Position numbers and translations under genes: made by a program. Source: the human T2T-CHM13v2.0 reference genome, Homo sapiens. Taken from it: 64,000 bases of DNA. The notes under the pieces were generated by a model. The model was not told where the DNA came from and made no database searches. It saw only the letters and a list, made by a program, of their open reading frames with translations. This document shows positions 1 through 13,585 of the stretch, piece by piece. Every line of letters starts with the position of its first letter. Within the stretch, counting starts at the first letter, position 1. The stretch lies in NCBI RefSeq assembly GCF_009914755.1, contig NC_060934.1. The stretch is one strand, 5' to 3'.

Positions 1-33
1 ATAATTGAAATACTTGCTTTAGGACTAAGAGAT

Positions 34-56
34 ACATATATATACACACACACACA
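34..56. repeat. (TA)n(CA)n microsatellite
   Basis: tacatatatatacacacacacaca read directly. Confidence 0.8.
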
Positions 57-892
57 AAATATAAAATTACATGTATATGTGTATGTATTCACATTCAACA
101 CACACATGCACACTCATATACCTTAATCTTAATTATTGGGGAAATACAGTAGAGGTTTGAGACATTTCCCCTAATGTCAGGAGCAAGGCAAAAATGTTCA
201 TACTCTATTACTATTTAAAATTTTAATGGAGGTATGAACCAATATAATTAGATAAGATAAATTAATTAGAAGCATAACAGCTAAAGAGTTAACACCATCT
301 ATCTTTACAAGTAATGTAATAGTATGCTTGGAAAACTCTAGAAAAGCAACAATAAAATGATAAAACTAGATTTAACAATAAAAGAATAAAGTAAGTGAGC
401 CAGTAATGAAATAACAAAATTATTAGCCCTCATTTACACATATAATAACAATTGCCAATAGCAAAAAAAACAGATTACCTATTTTGCAGTTAATAAGAAA
501 TTTTCAAAATTTAAAGAAGGAAATAACTTTAAAGACTTTTGATAACAAATAGAAAGACATTCTCTGTTCTTAGACAGGAAAAATCAACATTACAAACTTT
601 AAGTTTTTCTCAAGGTTGTTTATAAATGTAATATAATCCCAATTAATACACACATGGATTTTTATAAAGTTAGACAAATTAAAAGTTTATATAGAAAATC
701 AGACATGCACAGATAGTCTAGAAAACACAGAAAAATACAAACTACATAGAAAGATTAGCCATACTGGACATTACAGTATATCATAAAACCTCTGTAATGA
801 AAACATTGTTGTACTGGTCCATGAACAGACAAAACACTGGAATAAAACAGAAAGCCATCACTTAGACCCACTATACATATGGGAATTGAATA

Positions 893-2106
893 CAGTCATG
901 CACCACATAAAAACATTTTGGTCAATGATGAACTGTATATATGATGGTTGTCCTGTAAGTTTATAATAGAGTTGAGAGAAATTCCTCTTGCCTAGTGATG
1001 TTATAGCCAACGGTTGCATTGTAACACATTACTCATGTGTTTGTGGTTATGCAGGTGCAAACAAACCTTTTGTGCTGCCACTCCTATAAAAGTACAGCAC
1101 ATTCAATTATGTATCTAATACATAGTACTTGATAATAATATTAAACAATTATGTTACTAGTTCATGTATTTACTATACAGTACTATTATTTCTTATTATT
1201 TTAGAGTGTACTCTTTCTTCTTATTAAAAAAAAATAACTATAAAACATCCTCGAGCAAGTCTTCCCAGAAGAAGGCTTCATTATTATAAGAGATGGCAGC
1301 TCCATGTATGTTATTGGCCCTCCACAGTGGGACAAGATGTGGAGGGGGAAGACAGTGATGTTGATGATCCTGACCTGTGTATACCTAGGCTAATGTGTGT
1401 GTTTGGGGCTTAATGTCTAACAAAAAAGTCTGAAACATAAAAAATTTTAAAAATATAAAAATTCTTATAGAATAAAGATACAAAATATTTATGTACACTT
1501 GTATAATGTACCTGTATTTTAAGCTATGCTATTACAAAATAGTCAAGAAGTTAAAAATTAAAGTTTATAATACAAAGAAGCTACAGATAGCAATGTTTAA
1601 TTTGCTATTGATGAAAGAAATTTTTAAAATAAATCTAGTGTGGCCTAAGTGTACAGTGTTTATGAAGTCTATAGTAGTGCACAATACGGTCCTAGGCCTT
1701 GACATTCACTAACCACTCATTCACTGAATCACTCAGAGCAACTTCCAATCCTGCAAGTTCCATTCATGGTAAGTGCCTTATACAGTGTACTATTTTAATC
1801 TCATATATAATGCATTTTCTCGGTGCTCTTTCAATGTTTACCTATGTTTAGATAAAAAAATACTGTTGTGTTACAGTTGCCTACAGTATTTAGTACAGTA
1901 ACACACTGTATAGGTTTGTAGCATAGGAGCAATGGGCTATATATAGTCCAGATGTGTAGTAGGCTATACATATAGTCTAGATGTATAGTAGGCTATACCA
2001 TCTAGATTTGTGTATGTACCCTCTATGATCTTCACATAATCATGAAATTGCCTAATGATGATACTTTTTTTTCAGAATGTATTTGTTGTTAAGTGACACA
2101 TGATTG
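893..2106 (+). mobile_element. Tigger3b (Golem-family TcMar DNA transposon, non-autonomous), essentially full length
   Basis: Starts cagtcatgcaccacataaaaacattttggtcaatgatg and ends ttaagtgacacatgattg (terminal inverted repeats). TA target duplication at 891-892 and 2107-2108. 1214 bp long. Confidence 0.9.
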
Positions 2107-2392
2107 TATATGATAAACTTAGTATCTCAAGATATGGTGGCAAGAATAAACTGTAAGATGGTGCTGGAGCAACTGGATAACCTTTCAGTAAAAGATAAAC
2201 TGAGCTTCTCTCCTCAACACATACACAATAATAAATACTTAATATGTTAGTTAACTAAATCAAATATACAAAATTATCAGCTCTAGGAGGGAAAGAAGTG
2301 AATTTATTTGTAATCTCAATGTTTTATAAAGCCTTACTTATTTTAACTCCCAAATCACAAACATACGATTGATAAATTTGACCACATATAGT

Positions 2393-3356
2393 TATCGGGG
2401 GAACCAGCTCCCAATATTTCAGTGTAGGTTCTTTTCTATTTTCCCTAAGTGTCGGCCAGTCTGAGAAATAAAGAGAAAGAGTACAAAGAGAAATTTTACA
2501 GCTGGGCCTCTGGGGGTGACATCACATGTCAGCAGGTTCTGTGATGCCCCTTGAGCTGCAAAACCAGCATGTTTTTATTAGGGATTTCAAAAGGGCAGGG
2601 GGATACGAACAGGGGGCAAGTCACAAAGATCACATGCTTCAAAGGGCAATAAAAGATCACAAAGCCAGGGCAAAATCAGAATCACTGATGAGGTTCCATG
2701 TCTCGCTGGGCATGTGTTGTCATTGATAAACATCTTAACAGGAAACAGGGTTCAAGAGCAGACAGCTGGTCTGACTAGAATTCTCCAGGCTGGAATTTCC
2801 TAATCCTAGCAAGCCTGAGGGCACTACAGGAGACCACGGTGTATTTCATCCCTTAAATTCAACCGCATTAGACAGACACTCCCAGAGCGGCCATTTTAGA
2901 GACTGGCCCCTGGGAATGCATTCCTTTCCCAGGGTTATTCCTTGCTGGGAAAAGAATTCAGTGATATTTCTCCTATTTGCTTTTTGCAAGAAGAGAAATA
3001 TGACTCTGTTCTGCCCGGCCCTGCAGGCAGTCAGACCTTATGGTTATCTCCCTTGTTCCCTGAAAATCACTGTTATCCTGTTCTTTTTTAGGATGCCCAG
3101 ATTTCATATTGTTCAAACACACATGTTTTACAAACAGTTTGTGCAGTTAACGCAATCATCACAGGGTCCTGAGGCAACATACATCCTCAGCTTATGAAGA
3201 TGACAGGATTAAGAGATTAAAATAAAGACAGGCATAGGAAATTATAAGAATATTGATAGGGGAAATGATAAATGTCCATGAAATCTTCACAATTTATGTT
3301 CTTCTGCCGTGGCTTCAGCCGGTCCCTTCGTTTGGGATCCCTGACTTCCCGCAACA
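2393..3356 (-). mobile_element. MER11 solo LTR (HERV-K11/HML-8, ERVK class)
   Basis: Minus strand begins TGTTGCGGGAAGTCAGGGATCCCAAACGAAGGGACCGGCTGAAGCC and ends GGTTCCCCCGATA. Perfect 6-bp TSD TATAGT at 2387-2392 and 3357-3362. Confidence 0.93.
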
Positions 3357-4026
3357 TATAGTGACACAAACTTTGCATAACAAAAAATTAGGCTAAAAGG
3401 CAAAAAAATACCTGTCAAAATGAAAGGAAATGTTTGCAACATATAGTTAAGACTATGGGCTAACATTAGTGTGTATGTATCTGTATTTACACATATATCT
3501 TATAATTTGATGGATGAAGTACAAAGGAACAAAAACTGAATAGGAAAAACACATAAGATAATTCTCAACAAGTTTATGAAAATACCCCAATCTTATTTTT
3601 AAAACTCCAATTTATTCATAATTAGATAAATACAGATTAAAATCATACATATACACAATTTCTCTCCTAATCAGACTGCAAGAATGTATGACAACACATT
3701 CTACTGGTGAGGCTGTAGGGAAGTAGGTATTTTCCAAATTATCTGATAGAAAACAGGCACCATACATCTGGAGAAGAATTTGATAGTACCTAAAAATATC
3801 TATGTATGCACATAACCTTTTAGCTTAGTAATCTTACTTCTAGGAAAGTACCCCGCTGAGAACACATTTTTAACAATACAAGGATACTTATGCACATAGA
3901 TATTTATTGCAGTATTGTTTAATCCACAACAATGAAAACAACCTAGGCACTCATACATGAAATAGATGACTAAACTATGCTAGATCTACACAGTGGATTA
4001 CTTTACAGCTATAAAAAAGAATGATA

Positions 4027-4323
4027 GAGCAGATGCGGTGGCTCACGCCTGTAATCTCATCACTTTGGGAGGTCTGGGTGGTGGATCACCTGAGATCAGG
4101 AGTTGGAGACCAGCCTGGCCAACATGGCAAATCCCTGTCTCTACTAAAAATACAAAAATTAGCCAGGTGTGGTGATGGGTACCTGTAATCCCAGCTACTT
4201 GGGGAGGCTGAGGCAGGAGAATCGATTCAACCCCTGGAGGTGGAGGTTACAGTGAGCCGAGATCGTGCCACTGCACTCCAGCCTGGGTGACAGAGTGAGA
4301 CTCTGTCTCAAAAAAATAATAAC
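4027..4323 (+). mobile_element. Alu, AluS-type, full-length dimer
   Basis: gcggtggctcacgcctgtaatc...ctactaaaaatacaaaaattagcc...gagactctgtctcaaaaaaa, with a degraded aaaaa(g/t)aat(g/a)a TSD. Confidence 0.95.
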
Positions 4324-5086
4324 GAAAATATGTCTGAACTGAGGTGGAATAAACTTCATAGTATGCTAAGTTTAAATTAAAAGGAAAGTACAAAATGGTC
4401 AGTGTTAGACTGGAAACAAATAAATACATGACAATACCCTTGTGACTACTCATTTGTGCAACAGAAATACAGGAATACTCCAGAAACTAATGAGATGAAT
4501 TACTAGTAGAAAGTACTTGGGAAGGGGGTACAAAAATGGGGACATGGGAATGACTAGTAGGAATAATGAGGGAGTGACGTAAACCTCCTTGTCCAGCTTT
4601 AACTCTTAGAGCTATATAATGTTTCACATATTCAAAACATATGTAAGTAATTTATATCAACCAGAGTGTAAGGTAAATAGAACTCAAAACATAAAAAATG
4701 ATCCTAAGATTGTTACAAGTAAACTAACATAACCACAGTGAACAAGGTGAGGAAGAAATGACCTTAGTAAACTTTAGCCTTAAAACATCAAACATTTTCT
4801 TATAAAGATAAAAATAACTATATGCAAATATTATACCATAGTTGTACATTTACATTTTATGTGATTTATAAGATAGACATTCTGAAACTTCTCAGTGTGT
4901 ATATAAATTTGTAAGTAAATATACTATGGTTAACGAAACTTGGATTTCTCACTTTAGGCAAAAAGAAATACAAATAAAAAATTACAAATAAGGAAAGGAA
5001 GAAGCCTAGAATCATCTGTCTTGTAGGATTGGAATACAGGTTATCAGTAAGAACCCATGGATGGATGTAGAAATGTGTATATGGAA

Positions 5087-5655
5087 GTATATTCGTTCTC
5101 TATTGCTGTATGACAGCTTATGATAAATGTTTAAAACAATGCACATTTACTATCTCAAGTTTCTGTGGGTCAGTAGTCCAGGAACGCCTAGGCTGGGTCT
5201 TTGCTTTATGATCTTACCTGATTGGCTGGAAGCATTCTTATCTGGTGGTTTAACTAGAGAATAATCTGCTTCCTATCCCATTAGATTGTTGTCAGAATTT
5301 ACTTCTTTGTCATGGTAGAACTGAGAGCTTTAGTTTTTTACTGGCTTTTGACAGTAGTTGTTTTTAACTCCTAGAGCCCGCCTGGAGTTTCCTGTCATGT
5401 GTACTTTTCATTGGCAGTTCACAACATGGCAGCTTGCTTCTTCAAGGCCAGTAGAAGGAAAATCTGCTAGCAAGATGGAGGCTTATATAACATCACACAA
5501 TCGTTGGAGTAACTGACTTCCCATCACCTTTACCATATTATGTTAATTAGAAGCAAGTCACAAGTCTATCTACATTCAAGGGGAGATAGTTACACAAAGG
5601 CATGAATGCCAAGAGGTAGGGGTTGGAAGTGCTGCATCTAGAATTTGCCTATTGT
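5087..5655 (-). mobile_element. MLT1 (MLT1E/F-like) MaLR solo LTR
   Basis: ttctctattgctgta...ttaaaacaatgcacatttactatctc...ctgtgggtcag; catcacctttaccatatt...agaagcaagtcaca...tacacaaaggcatgaat. Confidence 0.75.
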
Positions 5656-6865
5656 CTGCAAATATAGGTACACATGCATATATTTACTAGGCCTGTCCAC
5701 TGAAAAGCGATAACAGTAAAATTAGTATAAAAATTGGTAACTTTTCAATTATAGCTAAAAGATTGACTTTTCTCTAAAAACAAAAACTTAAGATAGTCTC
5801 TGTCTTCAATGAGGTACAACTTCTTTTGGTGGGCTGTTTCCCTCTACCACTCTACAGCAAATGAAATTTATAAAGCACTGATCTGGCTTAGTTTGATATA
5901 TCATATATTAAAAGTAATGACTTTTTATTCATGTATGAAAATCATTTTACAAAATATTTATGATATTAAATTTAAATGCTTTAACTTATGTGGTTAATAT
6001 AGTTCTTTAAATTTGTAGCTGAAGAAAACTAAAAAATTTTTAGCAAATGCTCTTCTCATTGTATGGAACTATATTTCAATGCAAATTTTTATGAATCATG
6101 GGAGACATAATTACTTTAGACATGTAGAAACTATGAAAATAACTCAATAAAATGATGCAGCATAAAGCAGGAATAGTTCTTCAGGCATTACCAGAAACAA
6201 GGGTGGTGGAGGTCAAGAGTTCAAAAAAAGTCATAGTTATATCAGAATCTGAAAGAAATTAGGTGCAAGAGAAGGAAAAAATAGAGGCAAACCACATAAT
6301 TGTCATATTAATTAGGGATAATGTCAAGGAAACAGTTGATGACTGCTCGTATGGCAAGCTAACTAGCAAAGGTTATAGAAGATCTTTTAGCAACATAATA
6401 TCTTGCACGCATGTAATTTATTTTTGAATTCTACAATTTCAACAAGCTGGCATCTTGTTCATCTAAAATTGTCTTAGTAATATGAAGTAAATATAGAACA
6501 ATTTTTAAGGGAATATTTATGTCTGGCTGTGTACATTAGCCATAGCATAACAAATTAAAAACTAATAACAAAGATGACCATTTAGTAGCAAAACCGCAAG
6601 AAGCAAATAAAGGACAAATCAACATAAAATTTTCTAATCGACAATTAAAAAAATAGGGTCAGCATGTGTGCTATTTCAAAATTTTAAAGAGCCTTACACT
6701 CACTATAAATTACAAACTTTACCAAAACATTTTTTCTGTAATATTTACAGATGCAACTTGTTAATATGTATTACATTTCCCACCTAGAATAAAACACAGT
6801 TTTTACTGTTTTTAAAAAAAATCTATTTGTTAGGGTTCCATTACGGAAATATAATTATTATGAGT

Positions 6866-7220
6866 TGCTATGGTCTGAAGGTTTGTGGCCACACAAAATT
6901 TATTTGTTGAAACCTAATCCGTGTGCAGTAATATTAAAGGTGGGGCTTTCAGGAGGTGATTAGGTCGTGAGGGCAGAGCCCTCATGAATGAGACTAGTGT
7001 CCTTATGAAAGAGGCCCACAGGAGGTTGCTTGACCCTTCTACCATGTGAGGACACAGCAAGAAGTCATCTTCTGTGAACCAAGAGCTTTCACCAGACACT
7101 GAATCTGTTGGCACCTTGATCTTTGGCTTCCCAGGCTCCGGAATCATGGGAATAAATTTCTACTGTTTATAAATTGCCAAGCCTAAGGTATTTTTATAGC
7201 AGCCCGAACAACCTAAGACA
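6866..7220 (+). mobile_element. MLT1A/MLT1A0 MaLR solo LTR
   Basis: tgctatggtctgaaggtttgtg...gggcagagccctcatgaatg...aataaatttc...ctaagaca; 5-bp TSD tgagt/taagt (4/5). Confidence 0.9.
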
Positions 7221-8077
7221 TAAGTACAATGGAAAAATTAAGTTATTGAAAGAATAAAGCCTACGCTTGTGGGAAAAGCAAGTGTGTCAGAAGATAGAAT
7301 TTGAAGATCAGACAAAAGTCAACTAACTTTTGTTCCCAAAGCCAGGAACGTTGAATTCCCAGAGTGGAAACATAAAGGAGAAGCGGTGAAGTCCATGGAA
7401 GACTGTTGCCTCTGCATTTGTTGGTGGGCCTGGGGTCACTTTTTCTATCAAGGCTGACAGTTGGGAAAAAAAAAAGAGTGATGTGGCCCATGGGACAGTG
7501 AGAAGAAGATGAAATTCATCATGGTCTGCATCTGACAATTGCTGTCACTGATCATGATGACATACTGATAGTAAAATTTGTTTCATCTTTCTAAATCTCT
7601 CTAAATCTCAACAATTGTATTTTTAGTCAACTCAGAACATAAAGGAAAGAAACTTCTTTGGGACTGTGATTCCAGCTTAGATGAGTTGATACATTACAAA
7701 GCACTATGTGATTGACATGCAAGAAAAAGGAATCCCATGGAAAATGTTATTTATAAATTCCTATGGTAACACATAGAACCTTTGTATTGCTGTTTTATCT
7801 TCACTAGTATTAGATATCATCAATGCAAATGACAAGTATTTTACTGTGAGATTTCCAACTTTGCAATTAAAACCAACTTTTGCAATTGCAAGGGAATATA
7901 TAATATACTTACCTTTTAATTATTTTTAGTATTTCATAAATATACTGTATAGATCTCACCACAAAATCATAGTTAAAAATTATATTGAGTAATTTACTTT
8001 CTGTATTCAGAATGTTACTAGTGATGATGACACATAGTAAAGAAGGAAAAGAAATGTAATTTGAAATATCAGCATAT

Positions 8078-8111
8078 TTTTGTCTAGAGTTTTGTCTAGA
8101 TTTTGTCTACA
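8078..8111. repeat. Three tandem copies of ttttgtcta(g/c)a
   Basis: ttttgtctaga g ttttgtctaga ttttgtctaca. Confidence 0.85.
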
Positions 8112-9248
8112 AGCTAGCTATGCTGCTTGTACCAAGACAGGGCAATCAAGTGAAAATGAAAAAGTTTAAACAAGTGTCTTACATGACTGGTGCACAAAAA
8201 AATTGTAGTTATTTTTCATTGATATTACTATTTTTCTGAAATGACTAGAGTTTTAAGTTCACATACCTGAAATCTGGTTTTATATTTGCTTTCTTGTGGT
8301 TACAAGTTCTATCAGCATAATATTTCAGAAGATAAACCATAACTTCAAAGCAATGATATTGACCAAAACATCTGACAAATGTACCTCACAGAAGTTTCTG
8401 TTTGCACTAAATGAAAACTATTCAAAACCCATTTAAATGCACTGTCAGCCTTTTATACATTGTATAGCACTTTGTATTTCAGGTTTATGAATATATGCTC
8501 TTCCATTTTATAAGAAATAAAAGTGGAACTAAGAGCTGGTATTTCAGTTTTCAAGAGAGTAATACTGTAGGGTACAGGATTTGACAAGCTTCCTGTAACT
8601 CAAGCTTTTCCCAATCTAATATGCTTACTCTTGCTGGAAGAAAGAACCCTAAATATCTGTATTTATTAAGCCTTCTAAGAAACTATTCAAATAAATACAT
8701 ATTTAAAAGTTTCAGTTGAAGACTGACATCCACATGTTAGAGGTTATCACTTCTTTTCTTTTTTTTTTTTTGGAGCACTGGGAAATGCATGGTTGTAGCC
8801 GTGCTGCCTTTCTCAGGCACATTGCTATAATGTCATGGATTTAGGTCCCCAAACTTATTTGCAAACGTTATGGGCTTATTGTGGATTTTACAGTAAGATT
8901 TCTTGATAAAGGTGAGGTATCAAAGGAACACTTTCGTCCTGATAACTCACTAAAGTGAGAGAAAAGAGCTTTTTATATGATATATATTGACAAGGACATA
9001 GCTGGAGATGGGACAAGGTCAGTGACATCTTGGAACTGCAAAGCAGAAGTAGGGATTGACTGACTTCACAGGTCTAAGAAAGCTGAATCCTGAGTTAATT
9101 GTACCGTCCCCAAAAGGCCCTGGAATTGGTAACATCCAGGATCTCTGTAAGTGTTGGATAAAAGAGGGTTGTCTTAAAGTCTCATTAAAGACCACGTGGA
9201 AGACAGGGCAAAGTGAAAACTTATATAATGAATATTGAACTTTTCCGC

Positions 9249-9396
9249 TGACATAGTTTGAATATATGTTCCTGACAAAGCCCATGTTGAATTGTAATTC
9301 CAATGTTGGAGGTGAGGCCTGGTGGGAAGTGTCTGGGTCAGGCCAGCAGGTCTGTCTTGGCCTGCTGCTGTCCTCATGATGGTGAGTTCTAATGAG
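9249..9396 (+). mobile_element. MST (MSTB-like) LTR 5' fragment
   Basis: tgacatagtttgaatat...catgttgaattgtaattccaatgttggaggtgaggcctggtgggaag...gtgagttct. Confidence 0.75.
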
Positions 9397-11080
9397 GTAA
9401 AAATATCTTCTTCAAGGAGGTGATATTTGTGCTGAATCTTGAAAGGTGGTTGTGTTTACATGCAGACTAGGCAGAATGGGGATTTTCAAGATTTTAAGAA
9501 AAGATAAAAGAATATGTGAAAGGTTCAAAATGCATTGTTGGAGGAGCTGCATAGAATTAGTGTTCATTCTTCCACTAAACCAAGACATATGGTTGGTCAC
9601 CCATCAGCAGAGAGTGCACATCAAGATTTATGACATGAAATTTCAAAAGACAATAAAGCCTTGGGATTTGGTCAAGACATTTCCTGGAGGACCTTGAATG
9701 ACATATTAACAAGGTCAGCTTTTAACCAGTGAGGAGCCTACATCTTTGCTTCCAATAAAAGAGTATTGTCATGTGAAGGAAAGCATTTTAGTAAAAACTG
9801 TACTGGGATCATAACTTCCTAAAGCAGTATTTTCATGCTTTATTTCCCCCTTGCTTGACTTTTTCTCTTCCAGTACTTTTCTCAATACTCTGGGAGAACA
9901 CAGCCTGTATTAAAAATGCTTTTACTGTTGAAATGAAATAAGTCACCTCTACAGTTCTTAAAGCGCTAATGCAGCAATTCATAGTCGGAGATTATTTCTG
10001 CACACCAGGGTTTTTGGCTGGAGAACATGTTTCATAATTGGTCTTGGCACAATGTAAGAAATGTGAGTAACTGATAAATGATAAAGGCCTGGAAAGACTG
10101 TACCTAAACCACCTCTGCTCTTAAGTAGAGCAGCTGAGGGAAAGGGGAGCGGTGTCTCCAAATCCAAACTGTGGCTATGGCACTTATAAGATTTCCCTCA
10201 AAGTGAGCAGAACACATATGGTGATCAGGGAATAATGTGTGTAATTATATGGGTGACATGAAAAAAAGTTCAAAGGAAAAAGCAAGTTTCTTTACTGTGT
10301 GTAAGACAGATATACTAAAATATCAATCAAGCAATAATTAATGTACCTGTTAAAATGTAGTTGAAAAATAATAGGGCAATAAACAGTAACTAAAAATTAC
10401 ACTCTAATATCTCATGAAATGCATCTCATATAGATGACTTTTCACAAAAGGCAAATTTCATCCAGTTGAAGGAATATATATTTCATGCTATCTTCTGTAA
10501 AAGAATAGCACCTTTTAGTGGTCAAGGATATATGAAAAGCAAAGGGTGAAATAGTAATAGTGATAAAATCCTTTCCTTTGCTTGTCACCTCAGGCAGCAA
10601 GGGGTTCTATAATTTATGTAGTCCTGTAAGTAATACGAAAAAAGCGAGTACATTTTGAAGTTATGAGAGTAACAGGTGCTATCTGAAAGCTCTAGCTGAA
10701 AATGATGCAATATCAATTCTATATACAAATTAGAAAAATGACAGATTTTTGTTTCCTAGTGGGTGGTTGCTTAGAAATAATTTTGCAGGATTGAGTAATG
10801 TTTTGGATAAGCACCAATGAATTTAGAGCCTCATCCAATTAGTCAAATGTCTCCTAAAGAAAACCAAGGTTCAAAGAGTCCCATGAGAACGAATGAAATG
10901 ATGACAGTGCCACAGAGACTCCCGCAATTCTGGTGAGCACAGATTTGTTTAAACCCTCTAAGACCTTTACGAATCTAGGTCAGCCTCCTGATGAGATGTA
11001 ACTGCAAACTGAAACTCCACTAAACATCTTTTGGGACTATCATGGGATGCCTATTATTTATGTATTTTAAACTAATAAGA

Positions 11081-11132
11081 TCAATGGCTGCAGTGAATAA
11101 TAAAATTCAATGGCTGCAATGAATAATAAAAT
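11081..11132. repeat. 26-bp tandem duplication
   Basis: tcaatggctgca(g/a)tgaataataaaat x2, one mismatch. Confidence 0.9.
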
Positions 11133-13018
11133 CATAACATTTACCAAACATTAGTTTTCTGTTTCTGTTTTCAGTTAATTATGAAAACATCAAATTTACT
11201 GAACTAGACTATTTCATAGAACAGCACAAAGCAATTGATTCTGAAATGGCACATTGCCTTTACATTACTCACATAGGTTTTCAATGACTTTCAGACATTC
11301 TTGCTTTTTCTTTATGGCGCAGTTTATTTATCATAAAGAGTTTACTGCATAGTATGGCTAAAAGATTGAAAATTGTTTAGTTATTATGAACTTTTCACAT
11401 AGGATTAATATTTCTAATATCAGGAATGAAAAAAATTAATCAAGTCATTCTTAAGCATTTAGGAATCATAGACTCCTTAAAATCTGATCAAAGCAGTGGA
11501 TCCTTTCCCATACCAACCTTTATCTACCGCTGAGGCTTCTCCTTTTCGCTCAGGACAGATGCAACTTGCTTGTCTGATGCCAAGTGCAACTCACTGTATG
11601 ATGGGTGTGGATTCTGGGCCAAGCTACATTAAATGAGTAGCTTAGCTTAAACTCCAATTTAGGCCTAACCTTAGACATGAAATTCTAGTCTCATAATTCC
11701 TAAGTTGGTGGTCTTCCTCATGCTAGGCTACCTTCAATAATTCCAAAGCCAATTCTCTCAACTTTTAAATCTTTGCACAGCCATGGCATGCATATAATCA
11801 TATTTACACTGTTATTGTGATGCCTTTGTCAGCTTTTGATTAAGCTTTTTATCAGCATCCGTTCTTTGTGACAGTAGCCCCACTCTTTATGGTGTCTTCT
11901 CAGATAGTTTTTCTTTATTATTTTGATGCTTTTGGTTTTCTAAGCTGGTGACAGTATTTCTATTTTTCTTAGGTCTATATGAGTTTTGGGTTAGGTGTCA
12001 AATAATTCATAAGCTAATGGATATAGGTGAAAATTGTTTTCCACAATCTATATACTACATTACAAACGTATATATTTATAAGAATAAATTTTAAAAGGGC
12101 CTTAAAGCATCAAAGGAACCAAACTGAGTGTTTGAGGGTCTTCTTTGGTATGACTTATTTTGCAAAGTTTCAGAATTTTTTGTTTTTAATATGAATTTTA
12201 AAAAATAATTTTAGGTAGAGTCCATTTAAATAACCTTTCTTCTAGACTGTGAGGCACGTTGTTTTAAATTTTTATTTTATTTTTAAATCATAATTTAGTG
12301 TTTGTCCCTCCGATTTTAAATGCTATAAAAATTCTTCAATAAAAAAATGAATTACAAATTGTCGAGTGTGCTGTGTACAGCAAGCTTAGACGAATAAGGA
12401 AAAAAATCTCATAATTCTTACTGGTTTGTTTTTTCTTCTTTCTCCCTTTAAAATAAGTCCTATATACTAGGGATAAATCATACACTCACAGCTCTGAGTG
12501 ACATAATAGCTACTGAATCAATGTTGAATCGATAAAGCTGTATAGGTGAGGAATACAGAAACAAAGTATCCAAATAGCCTGCATTACGCTAATTTTACAC
12601 ATGTCTAATGATTTTGAGTCATTATATTTGCACTGGATTTCATGTAATTTTAAAAATTTAGAATGGAGATGCGATAATCACTAATCATATGTCCATACTA
12701 AAATGACAGTTTTAAGAAACTGCTGATGAGTCTGATTTAACATAAAATCCCTTTATTTCTAGAAAAGCAACAACTTCATTAAAAAATTGAGGATTGTTTT
12801 CAGTTAAAAGTTGTTAATATTGTATAAGCATAAACTGAATTAATTAATTTTCTTGGAAATAGTAAATGAGTGAATTTCGCAACTGAATCCATTTCTACTG
12901 AAAATTTCAATTTGAATAGAATTAAGAGATAGAGAAAATATGGAACAGGTGGTTTCTGTCTGGATATCTGTTTTAAGTTTAGATATTTAACTAGATCTAT
13001 TCCAAAGCTATGTAGGTA

Positions 13019-13029
13019 TGCTGAGTCAC
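13019..13029 (-). promoter_or_regulatory. Candidate ARE/MARE (NRF2-sMAF) motif with embedded AP-1 site
   Basis: TGCTGAGTCAC; the reverse complement GTGACTCAGCA matches RTGACTCAGCA. Motif only, in non-repeat sequence. Confidence 0.3.
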
Positions 13030-13289
13030 GAATCTGCACATCAAAAATTAGCAGCAAAACATGTCTTCAAGGTAGCAAACAAGAAATAAGTCACCTCTCT
13101 TAGGTCAGGAAGCTAGAGTTGGTAACTGTTAGGTTGATAGTCACATGAAGAATACATCAAAACTACCCAATGATCATTTGCTTTAGCTTCAGACTGACTT
13201 ATGTTGCAATAAAATTGAACAATACAATGTGATGGGTGGAAAGGGCCTGAAGAGCTTAAAAACAAAGTTATTATGTACGTATCATATGC

Positions 13290-13585
13290 ATTATAAGTAA
13301 TATCTCATTGAATACTTAAATTTAGAAGTTAACTTTTATTGCTATCCTCATTTCACAGATGAGGAAACAGGTTTAGAGATTATAAATGATGCTCCCAGGT
13401 AACTGATGGAGCCAAATGTTGAAATACGTTTGGTTTGACAACAGAATATCTGTTCTTATGCCTCTACTGCGGTTTCCTGACCCTTTCATTGTAGGAAACC
13501 ACACTTGAGAAACCAAGGATTACAAAGTTGTTTCACAAAGGTAATTAGTGCCAGAACAGTGACTCGGTTCCAAATTCTCTGACCC
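13290..13585 (-). mobile_element. MIR SINE fragments (probably two)
   Basis: MIR core atcctcatttcacagatgaggaaacaggtttagaga; a second, weaker copy at ~13490-13585. Confidence 0.7.

Larger units (their letters stand above)
150..4500 (+). mobile_element. Old L1M (L1ME-like) ORF2 3' half and 3' region, interrupted by Tigger3b, MER11 and an Alu
   Basis: Degraded L1 ORF2 motifs: ttcccctaatgtcaggagcaaggcaaaaatg (~166), gatggtgctggagcaactggata (~2157), ttacagctataaaaaagaatga (~4003). L1 homology resumes on the far side of each insertion. Ends approximate. Confidence 0.7.

Noticed and set aside
9935-13098. Exact 16-mer gaaataagtcacctct at 9935-9950 and 13083-13098
   Set aside because: Flanks are unrelated, and about one such match is expected by chance in 64 kb of AT-rich DNA.
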